Assembly (NCBI GenBank): GCA_965249175.1
Contig: OZ252227.1
Coordinates: 1,731,762 to 1,795,761 of the forward strand
Direction of reading: 5' to 3'
From: Vicinamibacterales bacterium
Lineage (GTDB): Bacteria > Acidobacteriota > Vicinamibacteria > Vicinamibacterales > UBA8438
DNA: 64,000 nt
The notes below the pieces were generated by a model. The model was not told the DNA's origin and ran no database searches. It saw nothing but the letters and a program-made list of their open reading frames with translations. The position numbers and the translations under genes were made by a program. Every line of letters begins with the position of its first letter. Position 1 is the stretch's first letter. Shown here piece by piece: positions 45,803 through 56,290 of this stretch.

Positions 45803-47701
45803 ATGCGAGCGTCGCGGGTCGTTACTGTCGTCATCGCCGTTGTGCTAGCCGCCGTCGGGGCCCGGCAGCTCCAGGGTCAGACTCCGCCTGAGGCGCCTGC
45901 CAGCATCGGCGACATGATTCCCCTCACGGCCCTTGCCGCCGATCAACACGGCTTGGCCCTGTGGAACAACACCGACGGAGTGCTCGAGGCGATGAAGACG
46001 GGGCACGACACGAGTTGGACGACATGTTCGAACTCCGCTCCGTTCTACCTTGCCACGCGCGATCACTCCACACTCGACGCGGCCTCATCGGCGGGCCTTC
46101 GTGCGGCACCGGTCATCGACGGTCTCGACGGATTGACGGATGCGCTGGCGACGAACGGCTTCGCGACGACCGATGTGACGCTCGGGTGGAGCGCGCAGTC
46201 CCTCGGCGCCGACATCGAGGGTGACGACTGGCTCTTCGATGCGACGACCGGGGTGGAGCGGCGCTACTACACTGGCGGTCTGCTGACGCTGAGCGTAGGC
46301 GGCGAGCCACTCGCGACCGCACCGATGGCGCGGACCACGTTCACCATCACGTACAACGACCTTGCAGACTGCACGGACGACACCGTGGCACTCGCGACAG
46401 ACGCTGCGCTCCTCGAGAACGGCGCCGCGACCAGCACGGAACTGGTACAGGCGGTGGCGACGGCGCTCATCGACGACCTCGCGGGGAACGGGTTCAGCTT
46501 CGCGGTTGCCTCGCTGACAGTGACCGAGTCGGCGGCGACTGCATCGGCGTTCAGTGAATCGGGTCGCACCGGCGTGTTTCTCGAAGCCGCGTCCGGAAGC
46601 GCCGCGGTCAGCGCGCCCTGGTCGTGCGAGCTGGGCATTGACGAGGACGACTCCACGCACGACTGGACGCTCGTCTGGTCCGAAGACGAGCTGCCGACGA
46701 ACGGCCCGCTCCAGCTGAAGGTCGTGGCCGTCACGCACCCGGACTCCGACGATGCGTCGGACGGGGATCCGGGCGAGGACGAAGGTGCGGACTCCACGCC
46801 CGGCAGGGTCACGCTGACCGTGTTCGATGACAGCGCGCCGACGACGGGTGTCGTGGTCGACGTGGACTTCCCAGCGGCGAAGGGCGAGGCCCGCGGGACC
46901 GTCGATCTGACGATACAACCGGGCAACGAATACCGCGTCACAGTGGGGCACAGTGGCGGCACCGGTCGCGACTATCAGCTCGGTGTGAGTCACGACGGAT
47001 TACTCCTGGGCCAGACGGATCTGCGGTATTCGACCGGCCGTAGCCAGGACTGGGGCATCGAGGCGGGCGAGAACGCGACCGTCACGCTCGAGCTGGCAAC
47101 CGACGCGGCCGTGGCGGCGGCCACGGTGACGTCTGCGCACGAGTCGTCCACGATGGCGACGTCCGTGTTCGTGACGATCATCGACCCAGCCACACGCGAG
47201 ATCGTCAGCGGTCCCACCAACGTTGAGCTCGCGCCCGGCGTGCCGCAGAGCATCAGTGTCCAGAACGTCGGCGCGGCACGTCGTCTCATCGCGCAAGTCG
47301 ACCCGGACGGCGTCTTCCGCATCCGGCGGACGGATGGCGACGGCAAGCTCTACACACGACCCTGTCCGGCGCGGACCGCGCTCGCCTCGGCCACGCTGTC
47401 GACGGTGCAGACCGAGATCTTCACTCCCATATGCTCGGGATGTCACGGCGGGTTCAATCCGCGTGGGGGCCTCAATCTCCAGGAGGGGCAGTCGTTCTCC
47501 AACCTGGTTAACATCCAGAGCTCGCAGACCGCTATGAGTCGCGTCGTGCCCGGCGACCCCGATGCGAGTTACATCGTGCACAAGCTCGAGGGGCGAGCGG
47601 GCATTGCCGGCAGCCGGATGCCGCAGGGCGGGCCGTTCCTCTCGGACGCCTTCATAGCGTTGGTGCGCGCCTGGATTCAGTCAGGCGCCGAGGACAACTG
47701 A
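45803..47701 (+). CDS. Large exported acidic protein with C-terminal c-type heme domain
   Basis: Signal peptide; Thr/Ala/Asp-rich beta regions; IFTPICSGCHGG...SRMP at the C-terminus. Confidence 0.78.
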   Translation: MRASRVVTVVIAVVLAAVGARQLQGQTPPEAPASIGDMIPLTALAADQHGLALWNNTDGVLEAMKTGHDTSWTTCSNSAPFYLATRDHSTLDAASSAGLRAAPVIDGLDGLTDALATNGFATTDVTLGWSAQSLGADIEGDDWLFDATTGVERRYYTGGLLTLSVGGEPLATAPMARTTFTITYNDLADCTDDTVALATDAALLENGAATSTELVQAVATALIDDLAGNGFSFAVASLTVTESAATASAFSESGRTGVFLEAASGSAAVSAPWSCELGIDEDDSTHDWTLVWSEDELPTNGPLQLKVVAVTHPDSDDASDGDPGEDEGADSTPGRVTLTVFDDSAPTTGVVVDVDFPAAKGEARGTVDLTIQPGNEYRVTVGHSGGTGRDYQLGVSHDGLLLGQTDLRYSTGRSQDWGIEAGENATVTLELATDAAVAAATVTSAHESSTMATSVFVTIIDPATREIVSGPTNVELAPGVPQSISVQNVGAARRLIAQVDPDGVFRIRRTDGDGKLYTRPCPARTALASATLSTVQTEIFTPICSGCHGGFNPRGGLNLQEGQSFSNLVNIQSSQTAMSRVVPGDPDASYIVHKLEGRAGIAGSRMPQGGPFLSDAFIALVRAWIQSGAEDN

Positions 47702-47745
47702 GCGCGCCCCGCGTACGTCGTCGTAGGGCGAGGCTTCAGCCTCGA

Positions 47746-49165
47746 GAGGGTGAGCTAATCTTAGTTGAAAATTGAAACGGCTCCAGACCCTGTGGTGTGA
47801 TGACGTTGCAAAAGACGGACATCACCCCACGAGAGAGAGGAGCCACGATGAGTGTCCTACGTGCTGTCAGGAAGCGCAAGAAAGTTCGCAAGCTGGGCTC
47901 GGTCAACATCATTCACCGCGAGGCCTACGCGGATCTGGAGCTGGACGCGAAGGTGGAGCTGATCCGCTCGCTGGTTCCCCTGGGCCTGATGCATGTGCAG
48001 GAGTTGCTCGACCAGGAGGTGACGGCGCTGGCGAGCGAGCGCTACGTCCGGAAGGACGCGTCGGTCGGTGGACGCCGTCACGGCAGTAACCCTGGGACGG
48101 TGGGTCTCGCGGGGCAGCGCGTGCCGATTCGCGTGCCCCGGATTCGTCGCCTCGCAGGGAGCGAGATTCCGCTGCGGTCGTATGCGGCGTTGCATGACGA
48201 CCGCGAGGTGGACGACGCGCTGCTGCGACGGGTGCTCTACGGGATCTCGTGCCGCAACTACGCGGCGGCCGCGGCGGCGATTCCCGGGGCGATCGGGCTG
48301 TCGAGTTCGACGGTGTCCCGGGGGTTCATCCAGGCCAGCGCGGCGCAGCTACGGGCGTTCCAGGAGCGGGACCTATCCGATGAGGACGTGGTGGCCGTGT
48401 TCCTGGACGGCAAGACGTTCGCTGACGCGACGATGGTCATCGCGCTAGGCATCACGCTGTCTGGGGAGAAACGCTTCCTGGGCTTCGTCGAAACGGACAC
48501 GGAGAACGCGACGGTGCTCACACCGTTCCTGCGGTCGTTGGTCGAGCGGGGCCTCGACCTCTCCCAGGGTGTGCTGGTCATCCTCGATGGCGGCAAGGGG
48601 CTCCGCACGGCCGTCCGGAAGGCCTTCCGGGGCCGGGCCCTGGTCCAACGGTGCCAGTGGCACAAGCGCGAGAACGTGGTGAGCTACCTGGCCAAGCACG
48701 AGCAGGCGGTGTGGCGTCAGCGTCTCCAGCGAGCGTACAACCGGCCGGACTACGACGAGGCCCTCGGTGCGCTCCACGGCGAGTTGGACGAGCGGAACCA
48801 GTCGGCGGCTGACAGCTTGGCGGAAGGCCTGGACGAAACCCTGACGTTACATCGATTGGGCGTGTACGGAGTGCTGGGCCGGTCGCTGAAGACGACGAAC
48901 TGTCTGGAGTCGGTCAATGCGCTGGTCGAGGAACGCTGCGCGAAGGTAGATCACTGGCAGAGCTCGAGCCAACGCCACCGCTGGCTGGCGACCGCCCTCC
49001 TGGACATCGAACCGCGCTTACGAAGGGTGAGGGGCTACCGCCACCTTCCCACGCTTCGGGCCGCATTGAAGCGAGAACTGAAGATCGACACGACGACGTC
49101 GAAGAAGCAGGCCGCGTAAGCCATCGGGAGCCGTGGAGAGTTTCAACTAAGAATGGGCTTGACTC
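47746..49165 (+). mobile_element. IS256-family element, copy 2, inserted in a REP
   Basis: Near-identical to 28757-30185; open transposase frame to 49119; 8-bp TSD AGCCTCGA (47738-47745 and 49166-49173). Confidence 0.93.
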
Positions 49166-49195
49166 AGCCTCGACTCGCTAGACTGAAGTCCTGCG

Positions 49196-50707
49196 CTACG
49201 TACCTGGGCTCACGTCTTTGTTCGGGCTCGACGTCAGCAGCGTCGCCACCACTCCGGCGACCAGCGCCACCGCGAACGAAGGCGCCAGCTCTTCCGCGCG
49301 CGCCAGCAGCGGCCCCCACCCTGGAATGAGCGGCACCGCGAACTTGAAGAACGGGATCGCGACGATGCCGCTGATCATGGATGCCAGCGCGCCGTGGACG
49401 TTGTAGCGTGGCCAGGCCAGCGAGAGGATCATCATCGGGCAGAACGTGGCGGCAATACCGGAGAATCCAAAAATCACGTACCAGAAGATCGTCCGATCCG
49501 GCGCGACCAGCGACACGACGATGGCGATCGCCAAGGCGACGAGTCCGAGCCCGACGGTGACGCGGCGGGAGAGCCGGGTGAGGGTCCGGTCGGACCGCGT
49601 GACGCCGCCCACCTGCTGATAGACGTCTCGTGTGACCGCGCTCGATGCGACGACGAGCAGCGAGTCGATGGTCGACATCGTCGCGGCGAGGACGGCGGCG
49701 ACGTACATCCCGATAATGGCGGTCGGGAAGAGGGAGCGCACCAGCACAGGCATGACGAGCTCGCCGTCCGCACCGAGCGTGACCGCGAAGCTCCCCCCGT
49801 CGCCGACGAGGATCGCGCGTCCGAACAGCCCGGCGAGTACCGCCCCGGTGTCAGTGAGCAGTGTGAACGCGATCGCGATCCACCGGCCGGTGCGGATGTC
49901 GCGGTCGCCGCGGATCGAGATGAAGCGCACGAACACTTGCGGCGAGCCCAGAAACCCGAGACCGATCGCCGCGTAGCTCACGAGCGTCAGCACGTTCGGC
50001 CACGTAGCCCCCCCCGGGCCCCAGAGACTGAGCAGCGTCGGATCGAGCGCTCCGATCGCCGTCTGGAGTCCGCCCTCGCCAAGGGACGCAGCGGCCGCGA
50101 GCGGCAGCACGACCAGTCCCACGAGCATGACCAGGCCTTGCACCAGATCCGACCAGGCGACCGCGAGGAATCCGCCGGACCACGTATAGGTGACGACGAT
50201 GCCGAACCCGACGAGCACGCCGGCGTAGTAGTTCCACGCCAGAAAGCTACCAAACGCTTTGCCTGTGGCGTCGATCTGCGCGCTGACGTAGATGGTGACG
50301 AAGCCGGCGAGTGCAGTCGCCGCGACCCATCGGAGCGCGCGCGCCCAGCGCTCCGCGTCTGGGCCGCCCGCGAAGCGTCCGACCAGATAATCCGGGATGG
50401 TGATCGCGTCGTAGCGGTCGGCGGCGGCCTTGAACGGTCGCGCCATCAGGAACCACCCGCCCGCGACACCGAGGAGCTCGCCGGCGACGACCCACAGTGC
50501 GGGCACGCCGACCGTGGCGCCAAGGCCGGTCAGGCCGAGATACAGCCAGGCCGACTCTCCGGTCGCGCGCGCGGAAAACGCGGCAACCCAGGGCCCGAGC
50601 TGCTTGCCGCCGACGTAGTAGTCACTCAGCGTGTGGACGCGCCGCGAGGCGAAGAGCCCGATCAGCAGGAGGATGCCGAAGTAGGCGGCGATGACGACGT
50701 ACTGCAT
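49196..50707 (-). CDS. putP: Sodium/proline (SSS family) symporter
   Basis: DYYVGG, SARATGESAWLYLG, YVSAQ, GGFLAVAWSDLVQG, GFLGSPQVFVRF, AATMSTIDS. Confidence 0.85.
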   Translation of the reverse strand: MQYVVIAAYFGILLLIGLFASRRVHTLSDYYVGGKQLGPWVAAFSARATGESAWLYLGLTGLGATVGVPALWVVAGELLGVAGGWFLMARPFKAAADRYDAITIPDYLVGRFAGGPDAERWARALRWVAATALAGFVTIYVSAQIDATGKAFGSFLAWNYYAGVLVGFGIVVTYTWSGGFLAVAWSDLVQGLVMLVGLVVLPLAAAASLGEGGLQTAIGALDPTLLSLWGPGGATWPNVLTLVSYAAIGLGFLGSPQVFVRFISIRGDRDIRTGRWIAIAFTLLTDTGAVLAGLFGRAILVGDGGSFAVTLGADGELVMPVLVRSLFPTAIIGMYVAAVLAATMSTIDSLLVVASSAVTRDVYQQVGGVTRSDRTLTRLSRRVTVGLGLVALAIAIVVSLVAPDRTIFWYVIFGFSGIAATFCPMMILSLAWPRYNVHGALASMISGIVAIPFFKFAVPLIPGWGPLLARAEELAPSFAVALVAGVVATLLTSSPNKDVSPGT

Positions 50708-50747
50708 AGGGCGGAGGTCGGAGGCTGGAGGAGTGTAGCCCGGGCTG

Positions 50748-50957
50748 CTAGGGATGAGGGTCGCCGACCTCGGCATCCGGATCGGCGGCTGCCGGCGGGT
50801 GGGGGCCGCGTGAAAAGCGGCCCGCCCGCCGGAGCGCGTCGCGCAGGACGAACTCGATCTGGCCGTTCAGACTGCGCAGGTCGTCGTTCGCCCAGCGCTG
50901 GAGCGCCTGAAGCACTGCGGGGTCGATCCGCAGGAGAAACGCCTTGCGTTGCGCCAC
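50748..50957 (-). CDS. Arc/ribbon-helix-helix DNA-binding protein
   Basis: RKAFLLRIDP...LQRWA...RSLNGQIEFVL. Confidence 0.8.
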   Translation of the reverse strand: MAQRKAFLLRIDPAVLQALQRWANDDLRSLNGQIEFVLRDALRRAGRFSRGPHPPAAADPDAEVGDPHP

Positions 50958-50967
50958 TAGACTGCCG

Positions 50968-51837
50968 CTACTGATGAATCGTGCCGGTGTTCATCACCGG
51001 CTGCGTCGCCCGGTCGCCGCAGAGCACGACGAGGAGGTTGCTCACCATGTTCGCTTTCCGTTCCTCGTCGAGGTCGACGATGCGCCCGGCCGAGAGCTTC
51101 TCGAGGGCCATCTCGACCATCCCGACCGCGCCTTCGACGATGAGCTGGCGCGCCGCAATGATCGCGCCCGCCTGCTGGCGCTGGAGCATCGCCGACGCGA
51201 TTTCGGGCGCGTAGGCCAGGTGCGTGATCCGCGCTTCGATGGTCTCCACACCGGCCGTGTCGAGCCGCGCCTGGATCTCCTTCTTGAGATGCGCCGCGAT
51301 GTCGGCCGTGTCGCCACGAAGCGACAACTCGCCGTCCTTATGTGTGTCATAGGGGTAACGTGTCGCCAGGTCCCGCACCGCCGCCTCGCTCTGCACGTGG
51401 ACGTAGTGCTCGTAGTCATCGACCTCGAACAGCGCCTCCGCGGTATCGACGACCTTCCACACGACGACCGCGGCGATCTCGATCGGATTGCCGTCCGTGT
51501 CGTTCACCTTGCTCCGTTCGGTCTCGAAGTTGCGCACGCGGAGCGACACCGCTTTCTTCGTGTAGAACGGGTTGGCCCACCGCAGGCCCGGGTCACGCAC
51601 GGTGCCGACATACTTTCCGAAGAGCTGGAGCACGCGCCCCTGGTTGGGGTTGACGACGAACAGGCCCGCGAGACAGAGGACGTCGAGCACGACGACACCG
51701 ATACTGCCAAAGACGAGCCCGCCCGAGCCGTCCTGGATGCCTGCGATGAAGAACAGGACCGCCAGCGGCAGGATCGGCAGCAACACGCCAAGCGGGAGCC
51801 AACCCGACATCGCCGTGAGGCGTTGTTCTCTGAGCAT
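50968..51837 (-). CDS. SPFH/band-7 domain membrane protein
   Basis: Two N-terminal TMs, [40 protein letters not shown]; GGAGG SD before 51837. Confidence 0.92.
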   Translation of the reverse strand: MLREQRLTAMSGWLPLGVLLPILPLAVLFFIAGIQDGSGGLVFGSIGVVVLDVLCLAGLFVVNPNQGRVLQLFGKYVGTVRDPGLRWANPFYTKKAVSLRVRNFETERSKVNDTDGNPIEIAAVVVWKVVDTAEALFEVDDYEHYVHVQSEAAVRDLATRYPYDTHKDGELSLRGDTADIAAHLKKEIQARLDTAGVETIEARITHLAYAPEIASAMLQRQQAGAIIAARQLIVEGAVGMVEMALEKLSAGRIVDLDEERKANMVSNLLVVLCGDRATQPVMNTGTIHQ

Positions 51838-52113
51838 GATGTTCTCCTCCCATGTATATCCACACGAACCGGCGCATGCCGGGTGGTCAGTGTCTGCCCG
51901 CCTATCTCGCCACGGCCATGCTGCGGAGCAGTCCGTCCACGGCCTTTGTCGTACGTCGCTCGATCGCCCATCCGCACACCGGGGCGACGACGGCCCACGG
52001 CGCAACCCAGAGGAGGCTGAGCCAGGGCACCTGCATGCCGCTCAGGTTGGCGCCGACCAGGAGGGCCAGTGAGAGCCCCGGCGGGAAGAGATAGACGAAC
52101 GCCTTCCGCCCTG

Positions 52114-52149
52114 GAGAGATTTCATATAGATATCATAATGAAATCTCTC
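52114..52149. promoter_or_regulatory. Perfect 12-bp inverted repeat, candidate operator
   Basis: GAGAGATTTCAT - 12 nt - ATGAAATCTCTC, AT-rich, between divergent genes. Confidence 0.6.
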
Positions 52150-52316
52150 GGACGCGTCAACCAAGTCATGCTCGCTGGGTCTGGGCGCGCGGGAGTGGCT
52201 CCGCCGGCCCTACCGTTGCGCAACCCCGGGTGGGCACCTAAGATTGCTCGCTGGCGACCCGCCGGGGGGCGCTACAGACGACGTTGGCTTCGGCGTCAAG
52301 TCAGGGAGATCGACAG

Positions 52317-53369
52317 ATGGATGACAAGAAGGTTGAGGAGTTGGCCTTTCGCGTAATTGGTGACATGGGCGGTTCGTTTGTGATGGCGCTCGGTCACATC
52401 GGCGATCGGCTCGGGTTGTTCGCGGCGATGGCTGGCGCCGGGCCGCTCACGTCGTCCGAGTTGGCCGCGAAGACCAATTTGAACGAGCGCTACGTTCGGG
52501 AATGGGCGAAGGCGATGGTGGCCGCCGAGTACGTCGACTATGAGCCGGAATCCCAGCGATACGTGATGACGGACGAGCAGGCGTTCGTGCTGGCGAACGA
52601 CGACAGCCCGATGTCAGTCGGTGGTGGCCTGCACTTCACCACGCCGTCCATGTACAACGTCCCGAAGGTGATGAAGGCGTTTCGCGAGGGTGGGGGAGTC
52701 TGCTACAACGAGATCGGAGACGAGATCCCGGAAGGAATCGAGCGCTTCTTCCGGCCGGGGTATGTCCATTTCCTGGCGAAGGATTGGATCGGGGCGTTGC
52801 CGGGTATGGTAGACCGCCTGACTCGCGGCGGCGCCGTCGTCGACATCGGTTGTGGTCGGGGGCAATCGACTGTCGCGATGGGGCGCGCCTACGGAAACTC
52901 GACGATCCTGGGCGTCGACAACCATGCTGAGAGCATCGCGTATGCGCGGGACATGGCCGCGCGCGAGGGGCTGGGCAACGTGACGTTTCTCGAGGCACCT
53001 GCCGATCGACTGCCAAGCGACCAGACGTTCGACCTGGCGTGTAGCTTCGACTGTATCCACGACATGGTGGATCCCGTAGGAACCCTCACCGCGATCCGTG
53101 GGGCGCTCGCCGACGACGGGATCTACTTCTGGTCCGAACCGAACGGGTCGGACAAGCCCGACGAGAATCGGAACATCCTCGGTCGTCTGTTCGCGTCGAT
53201 CAGCCCGCTGCATTGCATGACCGTCTCGCTCTGTCACAAGGGCGAAGGGCTGGGCACGTTGATCGGCGAACGCGGCGCGCGGGCGCTGGCTGAGTCCGCG
53301 GGCTTCTCGTCCTTCGAGAAAGTCGCGATCGACAACCCGTTCAACCAGTTCTTCGCGCTCCGTGGCTAG
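52317..53369 (+). CDS. SAM-dependent methyltransferase with N-terminal winged helix (Rv2258c-like)
   Basis: IGDRLGLF, ERYVREW, VVDIGCGRG, FDCIHDMVDP, LHCMTVSL. Confidence 0.88.
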   Translation: MDDKKVEELAFRVIGDMGGSFVMALGHIGDRLGLFAAMAGAGPLTSSELAAKTNLNERYVREWAKAMVAAEYVDYEPESQRYVMTDEQAFVLANDDSPMSVGGGLHFTTPSMYNVPKVMKAFREGGGVCYNEIGDEIPEGIERFFRPGYVHFLAKDWIGALPGMVDRLTRGGAVVDIGCGRGQSTVAMGRAYGNSTILGVDNHAESIAYARDMAAREGLGNVTFLEAPADRLPSDQTFDLACSFDCIHDMVDPVGTLTAIRGALADDGIYFWSEPNGSDKPDENRNILGRLFASISPLHCMTVSLCHKGEGLGTLIGERGARALAESAGFSSFEKVAIDNPFNQFFALRG

Positions 53370-54837
53370 CAGCCCGTGGTGAAAACGCCCTTTCGTAGGT
53401 CGAGGGGCATGTGTTCGTGACACCGTGTCATAAGGTCGAGAAACGACGAGTGCGGCAGATCTTGCGCATCTCGCGCCCACGCGGGCGATACGAGGGTCCA
53501 GAGGCGGCCAAGATCAGCGATCAAGGCCTCGAAGACGGCGACCGCGCGGCCTTGGAGGCTCCGCGGCGTGCCGACGCCCGTCAGCTGCCGCATGAGGAGC
53601 CCAAGATTGAACCCGCAGACGTGCACAAGCACGCGCTTGAGGATGTTGGGATGCCCACGCAGATGCACCCGGCGCAGCCGCCCGGTCTCGTAGAGATGCG
53701 CGTTGGGGCGTTCGAGCAACTCGCCCCGCCGTCGCAGCAGCCGTTGCCCACGCGTGCCCCGAATGCGCCGACGGTTCGCGTACACGGCGTCGCGCGCCGC
53801 CGCCTTGCCTGTCCAGTTGCGTCGCCCGCGGTCCGGCTCCGAAACATAACTGCGCACGCCGAGCGCGGCGAACGCCACCATCGTCTCGTTACTGTGATAC
53901 CCCTTGTCCCCGACGACCTCGGCGATACCGGCGCCGGCCGGCAGGACGGCTTCGACGTGGTCGGCCGCCGTGATCAGGGTCTCGACCATCGTCGTCGTAT
54001 CGCCGTCGTCGGCATCCTGCACGGTGACGCCGACGATGGCCCCCGTCTCCAGGTCCACCGCATGCTCCGCGGTGTGCGCCAAGTGCGTGCGCCCGTCCTT
54101 CAGCTTCGTGATCTTCGCGTCCGGATCCTGCGGATGCGTCCAGTCGTCGTTGGAGCCTTTCTTCTTCCGTTTCCGGTCGAACCGGGCCAGCTCAGCGCGG
54201 GTCGGCGTGACGATGCCGGACGCCTCGGCCAGCCCGGTCAGAAACGCCTCGTAGCCTTCGCCCGTGTCCCGGCGCACGATACTCCGCAATGCGGCGTTCG
54301 CTTCCAACGTCGTGGCATCGATGCCGAGGGTCCGCCCGGTCACGAGCTGGGCGTCGGCCAGTTGCTGCAGCACCCACGTGAACACCGCTTGATGGGTCTC
54401 GACGTCGATCAGGCGCCGGGTGCGCGACAGCGTCGAGTGATCCGGCGGCGCCTCGTGCAGCTCGAGGTCCAGAAACTGCCGGATGCTCAGCGAATCGGCC
54501 GCCCGCCACGCGATCGCCCGCTCCGAGTCCAGCCCTTCGAAGTAGCCGAGCATCAGCAGCCGGAAGTACCGCCCCGGCGCCAGACTCGGACGACCGACGC
54601 CGTCCGCGTAGAACGGCGCGCATTGCGCCTCGACGAACGCGTCGAAGCCCGTGTCATCGAGGATCCGATTCAATCGCTGATAGAACGGATGCGCCGCACT
54701 GCGAGGCAGGTCGCTGGTGGGAACCCACATCGATGCTTGCCGCGCCCGGCGTCGTCGTTTGCCCATCGCCATGCGCGACAGTGTAGTACGCGGGATCGAT
54801 CGTGTCGATCCCTAATAGGGACTTTCACCACGGGCTG
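53370..54837 (-). mobile_element. IS1182/IS5-like insertion sequence (transposase 53366-54772)
   Basis: 15-bp perfect IR CAGCCCGTGGTGAAA; CTAG duplicated on both sides; GRPS, PPDHSTLSRTR, IDAT, GDKGY motifs. Family assignment is approximate. Confidence 0.88.
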
Positions 54838-54843
54838 CTAGCA

Positions 54844-56193
54844 CTAGCCGAGGACGGCGCGGATGGAATCGGCGAGGATATCGACGGCGCGGTCGAGCTG
54901 CTCGGTGGAGATGACGATCGGCGGGGCGAGGAGATAGGTGTCAGCCTTGACGCGGCTGAAGAGCCCGCGTTCGATCGTCGCACGGTTGACCGCGAGCCCG
55001 ATTCCCCGCTTGGCCGGGAACGACCGCTTCGTGGCCCGGTCCTCCACCAGCTCGACGGCGCACATCAGCCCCCTGCCGCGAATGTCGCCGACGTGCGGGT
55101 GACCGGACAGCGCGGCGGTCAACCGGTCGAAGAGGTAGGTGCCCTTGTCCGCGGCCATTGCCGGAAAGCCCTCGTCGTCGATGATCTGGAGGGTCCGTAG
55201 CGCGACGGCGCACCCGACCGGGTGCGCACTGTACGTATACGCGTGCATCCACGGACGCCCGTCCTCGCGAAGCGTGTCCGCGATGGCGTCGCTGATGCCG
55301 ATGCCGCCGAACGGGAAATACCCTGATGTGACCGCCTTGGCGAACTGCACGATGTCTGGTTCGATGCCCCAGTGATCGAGCGCAAACAGCCGCCCGGTAC
55401 GCCCAAAGGCGGTGATGACCTCGTCCGCCACCAGCAGCACGTCGTGGCGGCGGCAGATCTCACGGATGCGCGGGAAGTAATCGTCCGGTGGCACGATCAC
55501 CCCCCCGGCACCTTGCACCGGTTCGGCGATGAACATCGCGACGGTGTCCGCGCCTTCGCGCTGGATCAGCCGATCGAGCTCGTCGGCCGCGGCGACCCCA
55601 GGGCTCACCCCGGACGGTGCCTGGTAGCGATAGGGATACGGCGACGGGATGTGGAAGAAGCCGGGCATCCGTGGTTCGAACAGCGGCCAGTACGCGCTCA
55701 GCCCACTGGCGCTCATGGCCGCGAACGTGACGCCGTGATACCCCTCGAGGCGAGAGATGACCTTCGTCTTGGCGGGCCGTCCACGCAGCTTCCAGTACGC
55801 CCTGGCCATCTTGACGCTGCTTTCCGTCGCTTCGCCGCCGCCGCTCGTAAAGAAGAAATGGTTGATTGATGGGTAGCAGATGGCGGCCAGGCGCTCAGCC
55901 AATTCGATCGCTCGCGCATTCGAGCTGCCGGAATAGCCAGAGAAATAGGCCAGCGTGCTGGCCTGGTCGCGCATGACGTCAGCGAGCTCGTGGCGGCCGT
56001 GTCCGGCGGTGACGTTCCAGAGGCCGGAGAGACCGTCGAGATACTCGCGCCCATCGGCATCGGTGACGACGCATCCCTGGCCGGAGACCCACACGCGGCC
56101 GCCCTCGTGAACGGCAGCGTCGTGCAGTGGGTGGATCAGATGCGCGCGGTCGCGCGCCAGGAGCTCGGCGTTGGTGGTGGTTGGGATCGTCAT
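54844..56193 (-). CDS. Class III aminotransferase (omega-amine:pyruvate type)
   Basis: DGLSGLWNV, GGGEA, GYHG, AEPVQGAGG, DEVITAFGRTG, AKAVTSGY, HAYTYSAHP. Confidence 0.9.
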   Translation of the reverse strand: MTIPTTTNAELLARDRAHLIHPLHDAAVHEGGRVWVSGQGCVVTDADGREYLDGLSGLWNVTAGHGRHELADVMRDQASTLAYFSGYSGSSNARAIELAERLAAICYPSINHFFFTSGGGEATESSVKMARAYWKLRGRPAKTKVISRLEGYHGVTFAAMSASGLSAYWPLFEPRMPGFFHIPSPYPYRYQAPSGVSPGVAAADELDRLIQREGADTVAMFIAEPVQGAGGVIVPPDDYFPRIREICRRHDVLLVADEVITAFGRTGRLFALDHWGIEPDIVQFAKAVTSGYFPFGGIGISDAIADTLREDGRPWMHAYTYSAHPVGCAVALRTLQIIDDEGFPAMAADKGTYLFDRLTAALSGHPHVGDIRGRGLMCAVELVEDRATKRSFPAKRGIGLAVNRATIERGLFSRVKADTYLLAPPIVISTEQLDRAVDILADSIRAVLG

Positions 56194-56290
56194 CTGTCGT
56201 CCGGAGTGCCTGAATGGAGCGTTACCCCATGCTATCCTACCGAATCTTCACACCCGAACGAGGCCCGCGCGGTAAAGGAAGGGGCATCCC

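Noticed and set aside
52150-52310. Possible SAM/SAH riboswitch upstream of the methyltransferase
   Set aside because: GC-rich with small hairpins, but I could not match the core consensus of any SAM or SAH class; needs an Infernal search.
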